NCBI GenBank assembly: GCA_963756595.1
Contig: CAVWOZ010000032.1
Location: forward strand, 32,886-96,885
Reading direction: 5' to 3'
Source of the DNA: an uncultured Acidobacteriota bacterium
Lineage (GTDB): Bacteria > Acidobacteriota > Thermoanaerobaculia > Multivoradales > UBA5704
DNA length: 64,000 nucleotides
Shown: one piece after another, positions 27,914-38,278 of the stretch
Layout of the letters: every line of letters begins with the position of its first letter
Position numbering within the stretch: position 1 is the first letter of the stretch
Notes under the pieces: model-generated
What the model saw: only the letters and a program-made list of their open reading frames with translations
What the model was told of the DNA's origin: nothing
The model's database searches: none
Position numbers and translations under genes: made by a program

Positions 27914-28714
27914 ATGAGTCAAAGTAGCAGAGCAACCCAGATAATAGTGAGTCTGATAGCCGCAGGTGCTGCTATTGTCGTAGGGTACTGGCAGTTTTTC
28001 CGACATCCGACCGATGATCGGCGGCAGTTCACGGGTCGCGTCGTTAACGCTGAGGGTACAGATAAAATTCGGGGAGCAATGGTGAGCTTGGAGGTTCGGG
28101 GCGTTCCGCCTATTTTGTACACAGACTCGGAGGGAATCTTCTCGTTTCCTCTCAAGGATGCAGGTAAGTCTATACGCTTGGTAATAGAGGCTAATGGTTA
28201 CAAGAAGTACGACAGACGCATAGATCCAGATACCGCTTCTGGCGTTGAGGAGATCCGTCTCAGCCCCGATAGGATCTCGACAGGAAGGGCAGGGGGCAGT
28301 GGCTCTTCTGACAGCCAAGTGGTCAAGGTAAGGCCAGATGGCGTGAATGGCTCAAGCTGGTGGGGTGGGAACACCCCCGCGTGTGCTTTCGATGGTAACC
28401 TGAGAACTTATTGGAGCACAGAAGAGAGCAAGGCTAGAGGTGCATGGATTGAGTTTCTCATTCGAGAGCCCAAGATTTTAAGTTCTCTTCGACTGTACAC
28501 GCCGCCGGGTTCTACTGGCGATAACTTGAAGGAATTGACCCTGATAGGCGACAATGGTGCCCGAAGAAAAATCCGCTTTCGAGGACTCAGCGAGTGGGAG
28601 GATATAGACTTCGAACCCTTGCAAGCGACTACTTTGAGGTTGGAGGTCGATGAACTACGAAATGGTACTTCGGGCTCCTTAGAGGTATACGAACTGGAAT
28701 TTTTTGGAAAGTAG
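27914..28714 (+). CDS. Membrane-anchored protein with carboxypeptidase-regulatory-like and F5/8 type C (discoidin) domains; low-GC cargo gene
   Basis: N-terminal TM helix IIVSLIAAGAAIVVGYW. CarbopepD_reg-like beta-sandwich segment. Discoidin signature SSWWGGNTPACAFDGNLRTYWSTEE...GAWIEF. GC is ~50% against ~68% in the flanks. It sits between two copies of the sbcC 3' end. Confidence 0.6.
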   Translation: MSQSSRATQIIVSLIAAGAAIVVGYWQFFRHPTDDRRQFTGRVVNAEGTDKIRGAMVSLEVRGVPPILYTDSEGIFSFPLKDAGKSIRLVIEANGYKKYDRRIDPDTASGVEEIRLSPDRISTGRAGGSGSSDSQVVKVRPDGVNGSSWWGGNTPACAFDGNLRTYWSTEESKARGAWIEFLIREPKILSSLRLYTPPGSTGDNLKELTLIGDNGARRKIRFRGLSEWEDIDFEPLQATTLRLEVDELRNGTSGSLEVYELEFFGK

Positions 28715-28715
28715 A

Positions 28716-29594
28716 ACCACTCGCTCGAAAGAGCTCCGCGATCAGTTGGAACGCGACGAATCCGCGCTGCGCGTCGTCGACCCTCTCGCCGGCGACCCGC
28801 GCAGCGACAAGTTCCCGGCCTACGTCCTCCAGGTCCGCCAATACACGCAGGAGCGCCACGCCGCCGAGGAACGCTCCGCCGCCCTCCGCGCCGAGTTGGG
28901 GGAGGAGCGGGTCTCCGACGCCCAGTTGGAGGCTGCCTAGAGGCGCACGGACGAGGTCACCACCGAAGTCGAGACCGCGCTCGGCCAGGAAAAGAAGCTC
29001 GAGGAGCAGACCGCGCGGATGAGGGAGCGCCTCGCCCGCTCCCGGGAGCTTCGCGATCAGTTGGAGCGCGAGGAGTCCGCCCTGCGCGTCGTCGACCTCC
29101 TCGCCAACGACCTGCGCAGCGACAAGTTCCAGGCCTACGTCCTCCAGGAGGTCTTCACCGAGCTCGTCCAGGGCGCCTCGACCCGCCTCCTGCGGCTGAC
29201 CGCCGAGCGCTACTCCCTCCGCTTCGACGACGACGAGATCCGCGTCGTCGACCACGACAACGCCGACGAAACGCGGATCAGCGACACCCTGAGCGGCGGC
29301 GAGACCTTCCTCACCTCGCTCGCCCTCGCCCTCGAGCTCAGCGATCAGGTGCAGCGCGCCGTGGGAGCCGTGAACCTCGACAGCCTCTTCATCGACGAAG
29401 GCTTCGGCACCCTCGACCCCGATACCCTGGCCCTGGTCGCCGAGACCCTCCAAAGCCTCCGCGTCGGCGGCCGCATGGTCGGCATCATCACCCACATCCC
29501 CGAGCTGCGCGACGAATTCGCCCAGCAGGTGATCGTCACCAAGCGGCAGGGATATTCGACGGTGGAGGTGCGGGGGGCTGCGGAGGGGGTGTGA
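28716..29594 (+). repeat. Displaced duplicate of the sbcC 3' end (rearranged, degenerating)
   Basis: 28831-29594 is a near-identical copy of sbcC 26751-27508 and ends exactly at the stop codon. It carries an in-frame TAG where sbcC has CAG. 28720-28830 is a more diverged copy of sbcC 26957-27063, joined to the rest at a ctccagg microhomology. Confidence 0.8.
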
Positions 29595-29624
29595 TTCGCT
29601 CCCTCTCGGGGTACCATTGGGACC

Positions 29625-29846
29625 ATGCAAGTCGCAACCGGAACCGTCGTCAACGGGAAAATCGTCGTGGAAGGTGTCTCCCTCACCGAGGGAGAGATCG
29701 TCGCGGTCGTCACTCGCGGCGCTGACGAGAGCTTTTCCCTCACGGAGACGCAGGAAAACGAGCTCCTGGCTGCCATGGCCGAGATCGAGCGGGGTGACTA
29801 CGTCACCCTCGAAGAGTTGCTGCAGTCGTTGCCAAAGCACGGCTGA
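29625..29846 (+). CDS. Putative type II antitoxin (small DNA-binding protein)
   Basis: 73 aa, MQVATGTVVNGKIVVEGVSLTEGEIVAVV...DYVTLEELLQSLPKHG. It lies immediately upstream of a ParE/RelE-like toxin remnant and overlaps it by the stop. Confidence 0.45.
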   Translation: MQVATGTVVNGKIVVEGVSLTEGEIVAVVTRGADESFSLTETQENELLAAMAEIERGDYVTLEELLQSLPKHG

Positions 29847-29848
29847 GC

Positions 29849-30060
29849 ATGGCGCTTCGGATCAAAATCTCCGCACGAGCCGCTAATCACGTTCGCCAGG
29901 CGGCCGAGTGGTGGGCGCAGAATCGTCCTGCCGCTCCCGGGGCGATCGGCGCCTCTTTCTCGGCCGTGTCGGGTACTTCATCTACTACAGGGCTGAAAAC
30001 GGGACACTCCATGTCCTTGCGTTGTGGCATGCGAGCCGCGAGCCCCAGCCTACGGTTTGA
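29849..30060 (+). pseudogene. ParE/RelE-family toxin remnant (frameshift plus internal loss)
   Basis: The N-terminus MALRIKISARAANHVRQAAEWWAQNRP is ParE-like. The C-terminus appears in the +1 frame: RRLFLGRVGYFIYYRAENGTLHVLALWHASREPQPTV*. About 20 aa are missing in between. Confidence 0.5.
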
Positions 30061-30076
30061 CTCGGCCGCAGATCCG

Positions 30077-30896
30077 CTGGCTCTGTGCCTGAGAAGATTG
30101 ACTCTGCCTTGGAGACGCAGACTCTACGTTGGAGCTGCTGACTTTGCGATGGAGACGCTGACTCCGCCGTGGAGATCGTGACTCTGTCCTGGAGACGCTG
30201 ACTCTACGTTGGAGCTCAGTAGTGTCCGGTTAGAAGTCAAACAGAATCAAGAGGTTAGAGATAATGCTTGACACTGGTTGGGACCGATCGGGTTGCAAGG
30301 CCTATGAAGGCTCGGTTTGCTCGCAAACCGAGGCCAATAAGATCTGTAGGCATGTGTAGAGCGAGGTCTCGAATTGAATCTATTTACCAAGGGCAGGAAA
30401 TCAAGGGAATGCCCGCTCAGCAGGACCAGAGGCGAGGGGTATTGTCCATCAGATCCTGCTTCAACTCTCCGGCGTCTCAACCCGAAATTCAAATCGTGGA
30501 CACCCCCAAGAAGCTTGAAACTACGGTCAGTGCGAGCTTTGCAGCCGGTCACCATCAAATAAACCGGACGCTAGTGGTTGGAGCTGCTGACTCTGCGATG
30601 GAGATCCTTACTCTGCTCTGGAGACGCTGACTCTACGCTGGAGCTGCTGACTCTGCGCTGGAGATTTTTACTCTGCTCTGGAGACGCTGACTCCGCCGTA
30701 GAGACGCTGACTCTGCGGTGGAGACCGTGACTCTGTCCTGGAGACGCTGACTTTACGTTGGAGCTGCTGACTCTGCGATGGAGATCCTTACCCTGCTCTG
30801 GAGACGCTGACTCTGCGCTGGAGACGCTGACTTTGCGATAGAGATCGTGACTCTGCCTTGGAGATGGTGACTCTGCGATGGAGATCTTGGACGCTT
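30077..30896. repeat. Tandem array of ~21 units of a 20-bp repeat (consensus CTGGAGACGCTGACTCTGCG), interrupted by a MITE-like insertion
   Basis: Exactly 20-bp periodic units with a conserved TGGAG....T.ACTCTG core and variable positions. About 6 units lie left of the insertion (30077-30216) and about 16 to the right (30577-30896). A 20-bp period is incompatible with coding repeats. The array ends at the phzF stop. Confidence 0.85.
30217..30576. mobile_element. MITE-like non-autonomous element related to the nearby IS4-family IS, with a 9-bp TSD
   Basis: Termini cagtagtgtccggttagaagtcaaacagaatcaa and ...aaaccggacgctagtg match the IS4-family element ends (cactagYgtccggt, ...ttctaaccggacgctagtg). 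It is flanked by the direct repeat gttggagct at 30208-30216 and 30577-30585. The interior is low-GC and non-coding. The interior at 30470-30540 is an inverted copy of 32960-33030, which lies inside the IS. Confidence 0.55.
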
Positions 30897-30897
30897 T

Positions 30898-31683
30898 TCA
30901 GATCTCCGCCACGCCTTCCAGATAAAACACGCAGGAGCCCTCCAGCTCGACGCGATCCCGGACCAGCCGACATAGTACCTCGCCGCCGCGCTTCGAAGCC
31001 TGGAAAGCGCGAAACTCCGTCTTGCCCAGCCGCTCGGCCCAATAGGGCGCCAGCGCGCAATGCGCGCCGCCGGTCACGGGATCTTCCGGAATCCCCTTGG
31101 CCGGCGCGAAGTAGCGGCTGACGAAGTCATAGGATTCGTCCCCGGGAGCGGTCACGATGACCCCGCTGCGATCGACGCGGGCCATCGCGGCGATGTCGGG
31201 AGTGAGCTCGCGCACCTCCCACGCGCTCGCCAGCAACACCAGATAATTGAAGGCGTCGACCACGACCTCGACGGGGACGACGCCCAGCGCCGCGGCCAGC
31301 CCGGGCGGCGTCGGGACCGGCTGGGACGGCCGGGCCGGGAAGTCCATGACATATCCCGTAGCCGTCCGCCTCACCGTCAGCGGTCCGCTCGCCGAGTGGA
31401 AAACCACCTGGTTGCGTCCCGGCTCGAGCCGCTCCATGACGACCGCCGCGCTGGCCAGAGTCGCGTGGCCGCACAGCGGCACCTCCGTGGTCGGCGTGAA
31501 CCAGCGCAAGCGATATTCGCCACCTTCCGGAACCAGGAACGCCGTCTCGGCCAGATTGTTCTCGGCCGCGATGGCCTGCAGCACGTCATCGGCCAGAAAA
31601 TCATCCAGCGGCATCACCGCCGCCGGGTTTCCCGCGAATCGCCGGGAGGTGAAAGCGTCAATCTGGAAGATGGGTGTGCGCAT
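30898..31683 (-). CDS. PhzF-family phenazine-biosynthesis-like isomerase
   Basis: 261 aa, MRTPIFQIDAFTSRRFAGNPAAVMPLDDF...CGHATLASAAVV pattern of the PhzF/YddE family. Confidence 0.85.
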   Translation of the reverse strand: MRTPIFQIDAFTSRRFAGNPAAVMPLDDFLADDVLQAIAAENNLAETAFLVPEGGEYRLRWFTPTTEVPLCGHATLASAAVVMERLEPGRNQVVFHSASGPLTVRRTATGYVMDFPARPSQPVPTPPGLAAALGVVPVEVVVDAFNYLVLLASAWEVRELTPDIAAMARVDRSGVIVTAPGDESYDFVSRYFAPAKGIPEDPVTGGAHCALAPYWAERLGKTEFRAFQASKRGGEVLCRLVRDRVELEGSCVFYLEGVAEI

Positions 31684-32929
31684 GGGGTGGGAGGCTCATC
31701 ATGCTGGAAGGTTTCAATCGGCTTGGGCACACCTTATATGACCGTTAATCCGAATACTATACCGGCGTTCTCTGGATCTCACCTGAATCGCTATAACCTT
31801 TCCCCGAGCCCCGAAGGGGCGTCAGCATAGAGATCCTATGAAGGTGGGTGGGACGTAAAGAGGCGGGCGTCTGGTTGTGAGTTCTGGGACCTTTTTTGCC
31901 GAAAGGAGTGCCAGATGAACCAGACGACCCGCCCGACACAGTTTAAAAGCATCCCGGAGGTTTTGTACCTCGCGTTCGATTTGGGGCGCAAGGAGTGGAA
32001 GTTGGCCTTCACGGTGGGAGGGGGCGAAAGGCCGCGGTTGCGGACGGTGGCGGCTGGCGACCTGGGCGGGTTGACCCAGGAGATCGACCGAGCGCGTCAG
32101 CGTTGGGGAGTTGCACCAGAGTCTCGTGTGGTGAGCTGCTATGAGGCGGGTCGGGACGGTTTTTGGCTGCACCGCTATCTGCTCTCCCGAGGGATCTCGA
32201 ACCTGGTCGTGGATTCCTCGAGCATCGAGGTGAATCGACGGGCTCGTCGGGCGAAGACGGATCGTCTGGACGCCCAGAAACTCTTGAGGCTGTTGGTTCG
32301 TCACGATCTAGGTGAGGAAGAGGATCGGGTGTGGAGCGTGGTGCGGGTGCCGAGCGTGGAGCAGGAGGCCGATCGCCAGTTGCACCGGGACTGGGAGGAG
32401 CTGAAACAGGAGCGGACGCTGCACCGGAATCGAATTCAAGCGCTGTTGGCGTGTCAGGGGATCACTCTTCGACTGGGAGCCGACTTCGGCGATCGCTTGG
32501 AAGGTCTGGCGCTGTGGGATGGGAGCGCTCTGCCGCTGCCACTGCAGGAGCGTTTGAAGCGGGAATGGGAGCGTTTGAAGTTGGTCGAGGAGCAGATTCG
32601 CGACTTGAACCGTGAAAAGGAAGAGGCGGTGGCCGGCGCCGCAGATGCGTCGTTGCAGCAGATCCAGCAGCTGACGACGTTGAAGGGGATCGGTGTGACC
32701 AGTGCATGGCTGTTCGTTCGCGAGTTCTTCGGCTGGCGCCAGTTCCGCAATCGCCGAGAGGTAGGCGCCCTGGCCGGCTTGGCGCCAGTGCCCTGCCAGA
32801 GTGGCTCGACGGATCATGAGCAAGGCATCAGCAAAGCGGGCAACGTGCGCCTGCGTACGATGGCCATCGAGATTGCCTGGTCGTGGCTGCGGTATCAGCC
32901 GACGAGCTCGCTGAGTCTGTGGTTTCGGG

Positions 32930-34372
32930 CACTAGTGTCCGGTCTATTTGCTGTCTACCACCCGTAAGGCCTGCATTGACTGTAGTTTCGGGCGACTCAG
33001 GGGTGTCCACGATTTGAATTTCGGGGGCGGAGGCGCCACGGAGAGATTGAGCAATTTCTTGGAGGCGGTGCTTCGCCTCGGATCCCACTGAGTCAGGGGC
33101 CGGCCGGGTGGAGTTCCCGGTCGCTGAGCGCGAGGCTTTGCTAATCGCCCATGCCATGCTCTCGGGCTTGACCAACCCCGAGGTGACGCATGAACGTGGG
33201 CAAGACGCTGTTCGCACAGGTGATGGAGTTCGTCCCATGGAAGACCTTCGGACGCATCGTCGAACGGCACAAGGGTGATGCGGGCGTGCGCACTCTGAGC
33301 TGTGCCGACCTGTTCCGCGTTATGGCCTTCGCGCAACTCACCTGGCGCGAATCGCTGCGCGACATCGAGGCTTGTCTGGCCGCCAACCAAACCAAGCTGT
33401 TTCATATGGGAATGAAGGCGTCGCCCGCGCGCTCGACGTTGGCCGACGCACTCGAGCGTCGCGACTGGCGCATCTATCATGGGCTGGCTCAGCGACTGAT
33501 CGCGCGCGCCAAAACGCTCTACGCTCAAGATCCTTCGGTGCTCGGACTCGATGCCAGCGTCTATGCGCTGGACTCCACCACGATCGATCTGTGCCTGAGC
33601 CTGTTCGACTGGGCACCGTTTCGATCGACCAAGGCGGCCATCAAGCTGCACACGCTTCTGGACCTCCGGGGCTCGATCCCGACGTTCCTCCACATCAGCG
33701 ATGGCAAGCTGCACGATGTCAACGTGCTCGACATCCTGCCGATTGAGGCCGGCGCCTTCTACGTAATGGATCGTGGCTACGTGGACTTTACGCGGCTGTA
33801 CGCGATGCATCAGGCCGGTGCTTTCTTCGTCACTCGTGCCAAGCAAGGAATGGATGCTCGGCGCGTGTATTCGGCGCCGACGCAGCGCTCTACCGGCGTA
33901 ATCTGCGACCAGTGCGTGATGCTCAACGGCTTCTACTCGGCCAAAGCCTACCCGGAGCATCTGCGGCGTGTCCGTTTCAAGGACCCCGAGTCTGGCAAGA
34001 CGCTCGTCTTCCTGACCAACAATACGGTCTTGCCCGCCTTGACGATCGCGGCTCTGTACAAAAGCCGCTGGCAGGTCGAGCTGTTCTTCAAGTGGATCAA
34101 GCAGCACCTGCGCATTAAGCGATTTCTTGGCACCAGCGAGAACGCGGTGAAGACGCAAATCTGGTGCGCCGTGGCCACTTACGTGTTGATCGCCATTGTC
34201 AAGAAAGAGCTTCAATTAGAGGCCTCGCTGTACACATGTCTACAGATCTTGTCGGTCTCGATCTTCGAGAAAACCGAGATTTCATGCGCCTTACAGCCTG
34301 ATCGGTCCCAACGAGAAATAGCCAACCCCGCTAACCAATTGATTCTATTCGACTTCTAACCGGACGCTAGTG
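32930..34372 (+). mobile_element. IS4-family insertion sequence (1443 bp) with 9-bp target-site duplication
   Basis: Ends are cactagtgtccggt... and ...accggacgctagtg (imperfect IRs). TSD ggtttcggg at 32921-32929 and 34373-34381. It is inserted inside the IS110 transposase ORF. Confidence 0.85.
33190..34359 (+). CDS. IS4-family DDE transposase
   Basis: 389 aa with YVMDRGY and SRWQVELFFKWIKQHLRIKRF motifs typical of IS4-family transposases. Confidence 0.85.
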   Translation: MNVGKTLFAQVMEFVPWKTFGRIVERHKGDAGVRTLSCADLFRVMAFAQLTWRESLRDIEACLAANQTKLFHMGMKASPARSTLADALERRDWRIYHGLAQRLIARAKTLYAQDPSVLGLDASVYALDSTTIDLCLSLFDWAPFRSTKAAIKLHTLLDLRGSIPTFLHISDGKLHDVNVLDILPIEAGAFYVMDRGYVDFTRLYAMHQAGAFFVTRAKQGMDARRVYSAPTQRSTGVICDQCVMLNGFYSAKAYPEHLRRVRFKDPESGKTLVFLTNNTVLPALTIAALYKSRWQVELFFKWIKQHLRIKRFLGTSENAVKTQIWCAVATYVLIAIVKKELQLEASLYTCLQILSVSIFEKTEISCALQPDRSQREIANPANQLILFDF

Positions 34373-34860
34373 GGTTTCGGGAGCGGTATGGTCCCGGGAG
34401 TCGTCGCTCGCGACGGGTGGGGATCGTGGCCTTGGCGCGCAAGCTCTTGGTGTCTCTGTGGCGCTTCCTTGAAACCGGGGTCGTGCCGGAGGGAGCCCAG
34501 CTGAAGACGGCGTAGCCGGGAGTTCTTTGTCAAGAGATCCGAACTGGAGGAGCGCGCCCGACCCCAGGCTGGGTGACCCCAGGACACCGTCATAAAGATG
34601 GGGCCGTTCCACCAGGCTTGCTTGAATCGCTCGAGGCGAATGTGGCATAGGGTATCCGGCGAAAGGCCGGTACGGATAGAAGCTGGCGGGAGCTTGGAGC
34701 TCCGCCCTCTTCAGCAAGCCCCAGATCGGAGAGACGAACAGGAATCTCTTGCCGCTGCTCAGAAGAAGGTGGCGACGAAGAAAACGAAGGGGTGGACCGA
34801 GAGAAAAAAATCACCACTCGGGGCTTGACAACCAGTGCCCTCATAGAAGCCTGGGGCGTA

Positions 34861-35316
34861 AGCCCACCCTCTTCTACGCATCTATCTCAATTGCCTCGAC
34901 GCGAGCCCACAGGGCGGCATTCCTGTAGCCCAGGGTGGCAACCCTGGGACTGTCGGCGTACCCCTCTCCCTTTTTCGAGGCATGCCACGCCGGCCAGCCC
35001 AGGGCTCACGGCCTGGGCTACAGGAATGCCGCCCCTTCGGGGCTGGTTTTGTAGGCCTCCGCAGAAGGATCTCTTTCTTATACCATTGGGCCATGCAAGT
35101 CACCTGCGAGGCCGGGGCTTCAGCCCACCCTCTTCTACACATCTATCTCCATTGCCTCGACGCGAGCCCGCAGGGCGGCATTCCTGTAGCCCAGGGTGGC
35201 AACCCTGGGAATGTCGGCATACCCCTCTTCCTTTTTCGAGGCATGCCACGCCAGCCAGCCCAGGGCTCACGGCCTGGGCTACAGGAATGCCGCCCTGCGG
35301 GCTCGCGTCAGTCGCT
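34861..35316. repeat. Two ~185-bp direct repeats (34861-35045, 35132-35316), each built around a long imperfect palindrome (MITE/REP-like or structured RNA)
   Basis: Each copy has a ~35-bp inverted-repeat stem (gcgagcccgcagggcggcattcctgtagcccaggg / ccctgggctacaggaatgccgccctgcgggctcgc) around a ~75-nt core with smaller hairpins. The copies are >90% identical. The 86-bp spacer contains a 24/27 match to the antitoxin start region at 29607-29633. Confidence 0.7.
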
Positions 35317-35410
35317 CGCGGGAAGCTATGTATAAGAGGATGGGCTTCAGCCCCGGGGTTGGCGCCACGCCACCCTCGAAGTCCCGAAGGGACGCAGGGA
35401 ATCGGCGCCC

Positions 35411-38268
35411 ATGAAGGTCTTCCTCTCCTCCACCGCCCTGGATCTCGTCGCCCACCGCCAGGTGGCCGACGACACGATCCTGCGTCTCTCCCAGGAAACC
35501 ATTCTCATGGAACGGTTCGGCCCGCAGCCGGGGACGCCCGTGGCGGAGTGCGAACGCCTGGCGCGTGAAAGCGACATCGTCCTCTGCATCGTGGCGCACC
35601 GGTACGGTTTCGTCCCGGAGAAGGGCAAGGGGAGCATCACCCGGCGCGAGGTCGAGGCGGCGCAGGCGGAAGACCGGGAGGTGCTGGTATTCCTCGTCGC
35701 GGACGGCTACCCGTGGAGCGAGAAGAAGGAGCAGGATCGCCTCACAGACCCGGCAGTGATGGCGCGGATCGCATCGCGGAGGTCGTAGAGGGAATCCGCG
35801 AGCTCGGCGCTTTCAAAGAGTGGCTGCGTGCGACCTTTGTCTACGAAACGTTCACGACTCCGGACGAGCTTGGCCGGAAGATTGCCATTGCGCTGCAGAA
35901 ACACATCCAGCCGCGGACAGCGCACGCCACGCAGCCGGCTCTCAAACGGGGCGAGATCCGCATCGTCCACGCGCTCCAGCCGGCTCCTCATTTCCACGGC
36001 CGGGACCCTCTGGTCGAAGAGCTGACCGCCTGGGTTGCGGACCTGGCTTCGCCGGATCGGGTCTGGTCCCTGGTGGCGGCGGGTGGGACCGGGAAGACGG
36101 CGGTGGCCGAGCGCGTCGTCCGGGACATGAACCCTGGAGAGGCCAACGTCCTCGTCTGGTCGTTCTACGAGAATCCCAACACCGACGCCTTCCTGCGGGA
36201 GTGCAACCAGCTCTTCCTCGGCGAGGAGGAAGGCCCGGCGGGCGGGCGTCTCGAGCGCCTCGAACGCGGCCTGCGCGATGGGCGCCCGCACCTGATCGTG
36301 CTCGACGGCCTGGAGAGGGTGCAGGAGGATGCCGGCGCCGGCCGTGTGCGCGGTGAGCTCTCCGACCAGACGCTCAAGCTCCTCCTCCGCGCGCTGGCCG
36401 CCGGCCTCGGCCGCGCCCGCGCGCTGGTGACCTCGCGCTTCCCGCTGATAGATCTCCAGGATTGGACGAACCGCGGCTACCGGGACACCCGCCTCGACGA
36501 TCTCCCCCCGGAAGCCGCGGTGGCTGTGCTGCGGGGCTGGGGAGTCACCGGAGACGAGGCAGCGCTCCGCGAGGCGGCGGCCCAGGTAGGTCACCACGCG
36601 CTTCCGGTCGCGGTTATCGGCTCCTACCTCCGCTTCTTCGCGGACGGGCGCATCGAAGAGGTGAAGAGCTTCGATCTCGACGCTGTGACGGGCGAGGATC
36701 CCAAGGCGGCGAAGCTCGCACGGGTGCTGGCCTCCTATGCGGAGCGCCTGCCGCCTGAGGAACGCGAGCTCCTCGCGCGTCTCTCAGTGTTCCCCCGCGG
36801 AGTGACCCTGGAACTGCTCGACACCTTGGTCGAAGCTGGCGGAGAGGTGGCGGGGCTCCTCATCAAGGCAAAGCCGCGCCTCGTGATTTTGCTGAACAGC
36901 CTGAAGGCGCGCGGGCTGGTGTTCGCGTATTCCAGCGAGACGAGCGTTACCTGGACGGCGCACCCGTTCCTGCGGGAGAAATTCCGGGATCTGCTCGGCT
37001 GCCCGTCCGAACGAGTCTTCGACGTGGTGGCGCAGTCGCTGAGCACCGGTTTGGAGAAACGACCCGAGACGAAGCCGAGCGACTCGAGTGTTCTCGACCG
37101 CTACGAGCGTCTGATCGAAGCGATGCGGCTCGCCGGGCGCGAGCAGGAGGCATTCGATCTGTATGGTTTTGGGCTGGGAGGCTACGGAAACCTCGGGTGG
37201 ATGCTGGGGGAATACCAGAGGGGTTACCGGATTCTGGCGGCTTTCAGCGCGACGGGGAGGCCTGATGATCTCGGGACGACGATGGCGCTGCCGGAACGGT
37301 CTACTCTTATTAACGAACTCGCCCTCATGGCGCAACATCTCGGACGTTTGGGGGAAGCATGGGCAATCCGCCAGGTGGATGATGAATGGACAAGTTCGCT
37401 CGAAAGGGTCGCGGTGTCACAGGGACTCCAGAACTTAAGCTGGGTGGCGGTCGAACAGGGGCGTTTGCCCGAATGTCGCAGATTCGCCGACGCTGCGCTC
37501 TCTGAGGCCGGAGAGGATTCCCTCCACACAACCTTTTCGCTCGCGTTCCGTGCGATCGCAGCGCACGCTCTCGGCGATATTCCCGCCGCACGGGCGGATT
37601 TCGCAGCCGCCACAAAGCTGGAGGGCCCCCTCGTCTCATTGCGGGGTTCCCAGCATGCCCATCATCATCTCGACCTTGGCGACTTCTCTTCTGCCCGTTC
37701 CCTCTGTGATGACGGACTCGAATTTGCCCGTAGATACGGTTCCAATCAGCAGTTCCATTGGTTTCGCATCCTCCTTGCCCGCATCGACCTTGCCGAAGGT
37801 AACGACCCTACTGTTCATCTACAAGAGATTCGCGCCTGGACCTCGCGGACCGGGGAAATGCATTCCATCATCGAGGCTCACCTCCTCACCGCGCGCCATC
37901 TCCTCGCCTCTGGCGACCCGCAGGCCGCCCTTGGCGAGGCAGAGACGGGCCTTCTGCACGCCGTTGCGTGCGGGTACGGATTGCTTCGCATCGAGCTCCT
38001 CGTCGCGATGGCGCGCATCCGGCTAGCCTGGCCTGATCCGCCGAAGGCCATCCAGGCGGCGCGCGAGGCGCTCGATCTGGCGGCGGATCCCGAGTGCCGG
38101 TACGCGTGGGGCGAGGCGGACGCGGCGCAGGTTTGGGGCGAGGCGTTTTTCGCCAACCATGAGCCGACGCTGGCGAAGCGGGCATTCACCCGGGCGCTCG
38201 AGGTGCGCAAGCGGATCGAGCATCCGAAAGTTGCGGAGACGGAAAGGTGGCTTGGACTTGTCGGATGA
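35411..38268 (+). pseudogene. STAND NTPase: DUF4062 N-terminal domain - NB-ARC P-loop - TPR-like C-terminus, split by a frameshift near 35750-35790
   Basis: 35411-35788 encodes MKVFLSSTALDLVAHRQ...MERFGPQPGTPVAECERLARESDIVLCIVAHRYGFVPE...SITRREVEAAQAEDREVLVFLV, which matches DUF4062. The overlapping 35713-38268 frame carries Walker A LVAAGGTGKTAVAERVV, hhhhD HLIVLDGLE, an ALVTSRFPL motif and TPR-like repeats. The two frames overlap by ~75 bp. One indel would fuse them. Confidence 0.7.
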
Positions 38269-38278
38269 AGAGGACGTC

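Larger units (their letters stand above)
31915..34515 (+). pseudogene. IS110-family (DEDD) transposase gene disrupted by an IS4-family insertion
   Basis: N-part 31915-32929 is MNQTTRPTQFKSIPEVLYLAFDLGRKEW...LTTLKGIGVTSAWLFVREF...GNVRLRTMAIEIAWSWLRYQP. The C-terminus resumes after the insertion at 34373: ...WFRERYGPGSRRSRRVGIVALARKLLVSLWRFLETG*. The low-GC leader 31690-31914 is probably the IS110 left end. Confidence 0.75.

Noticed and set aside
30077-30896. CRISPR array
   Set aside because: The period is 20 bp with no spacer-sized unique segments between units. CRISPR repeat plus spacer periods are about 55-75 bp.
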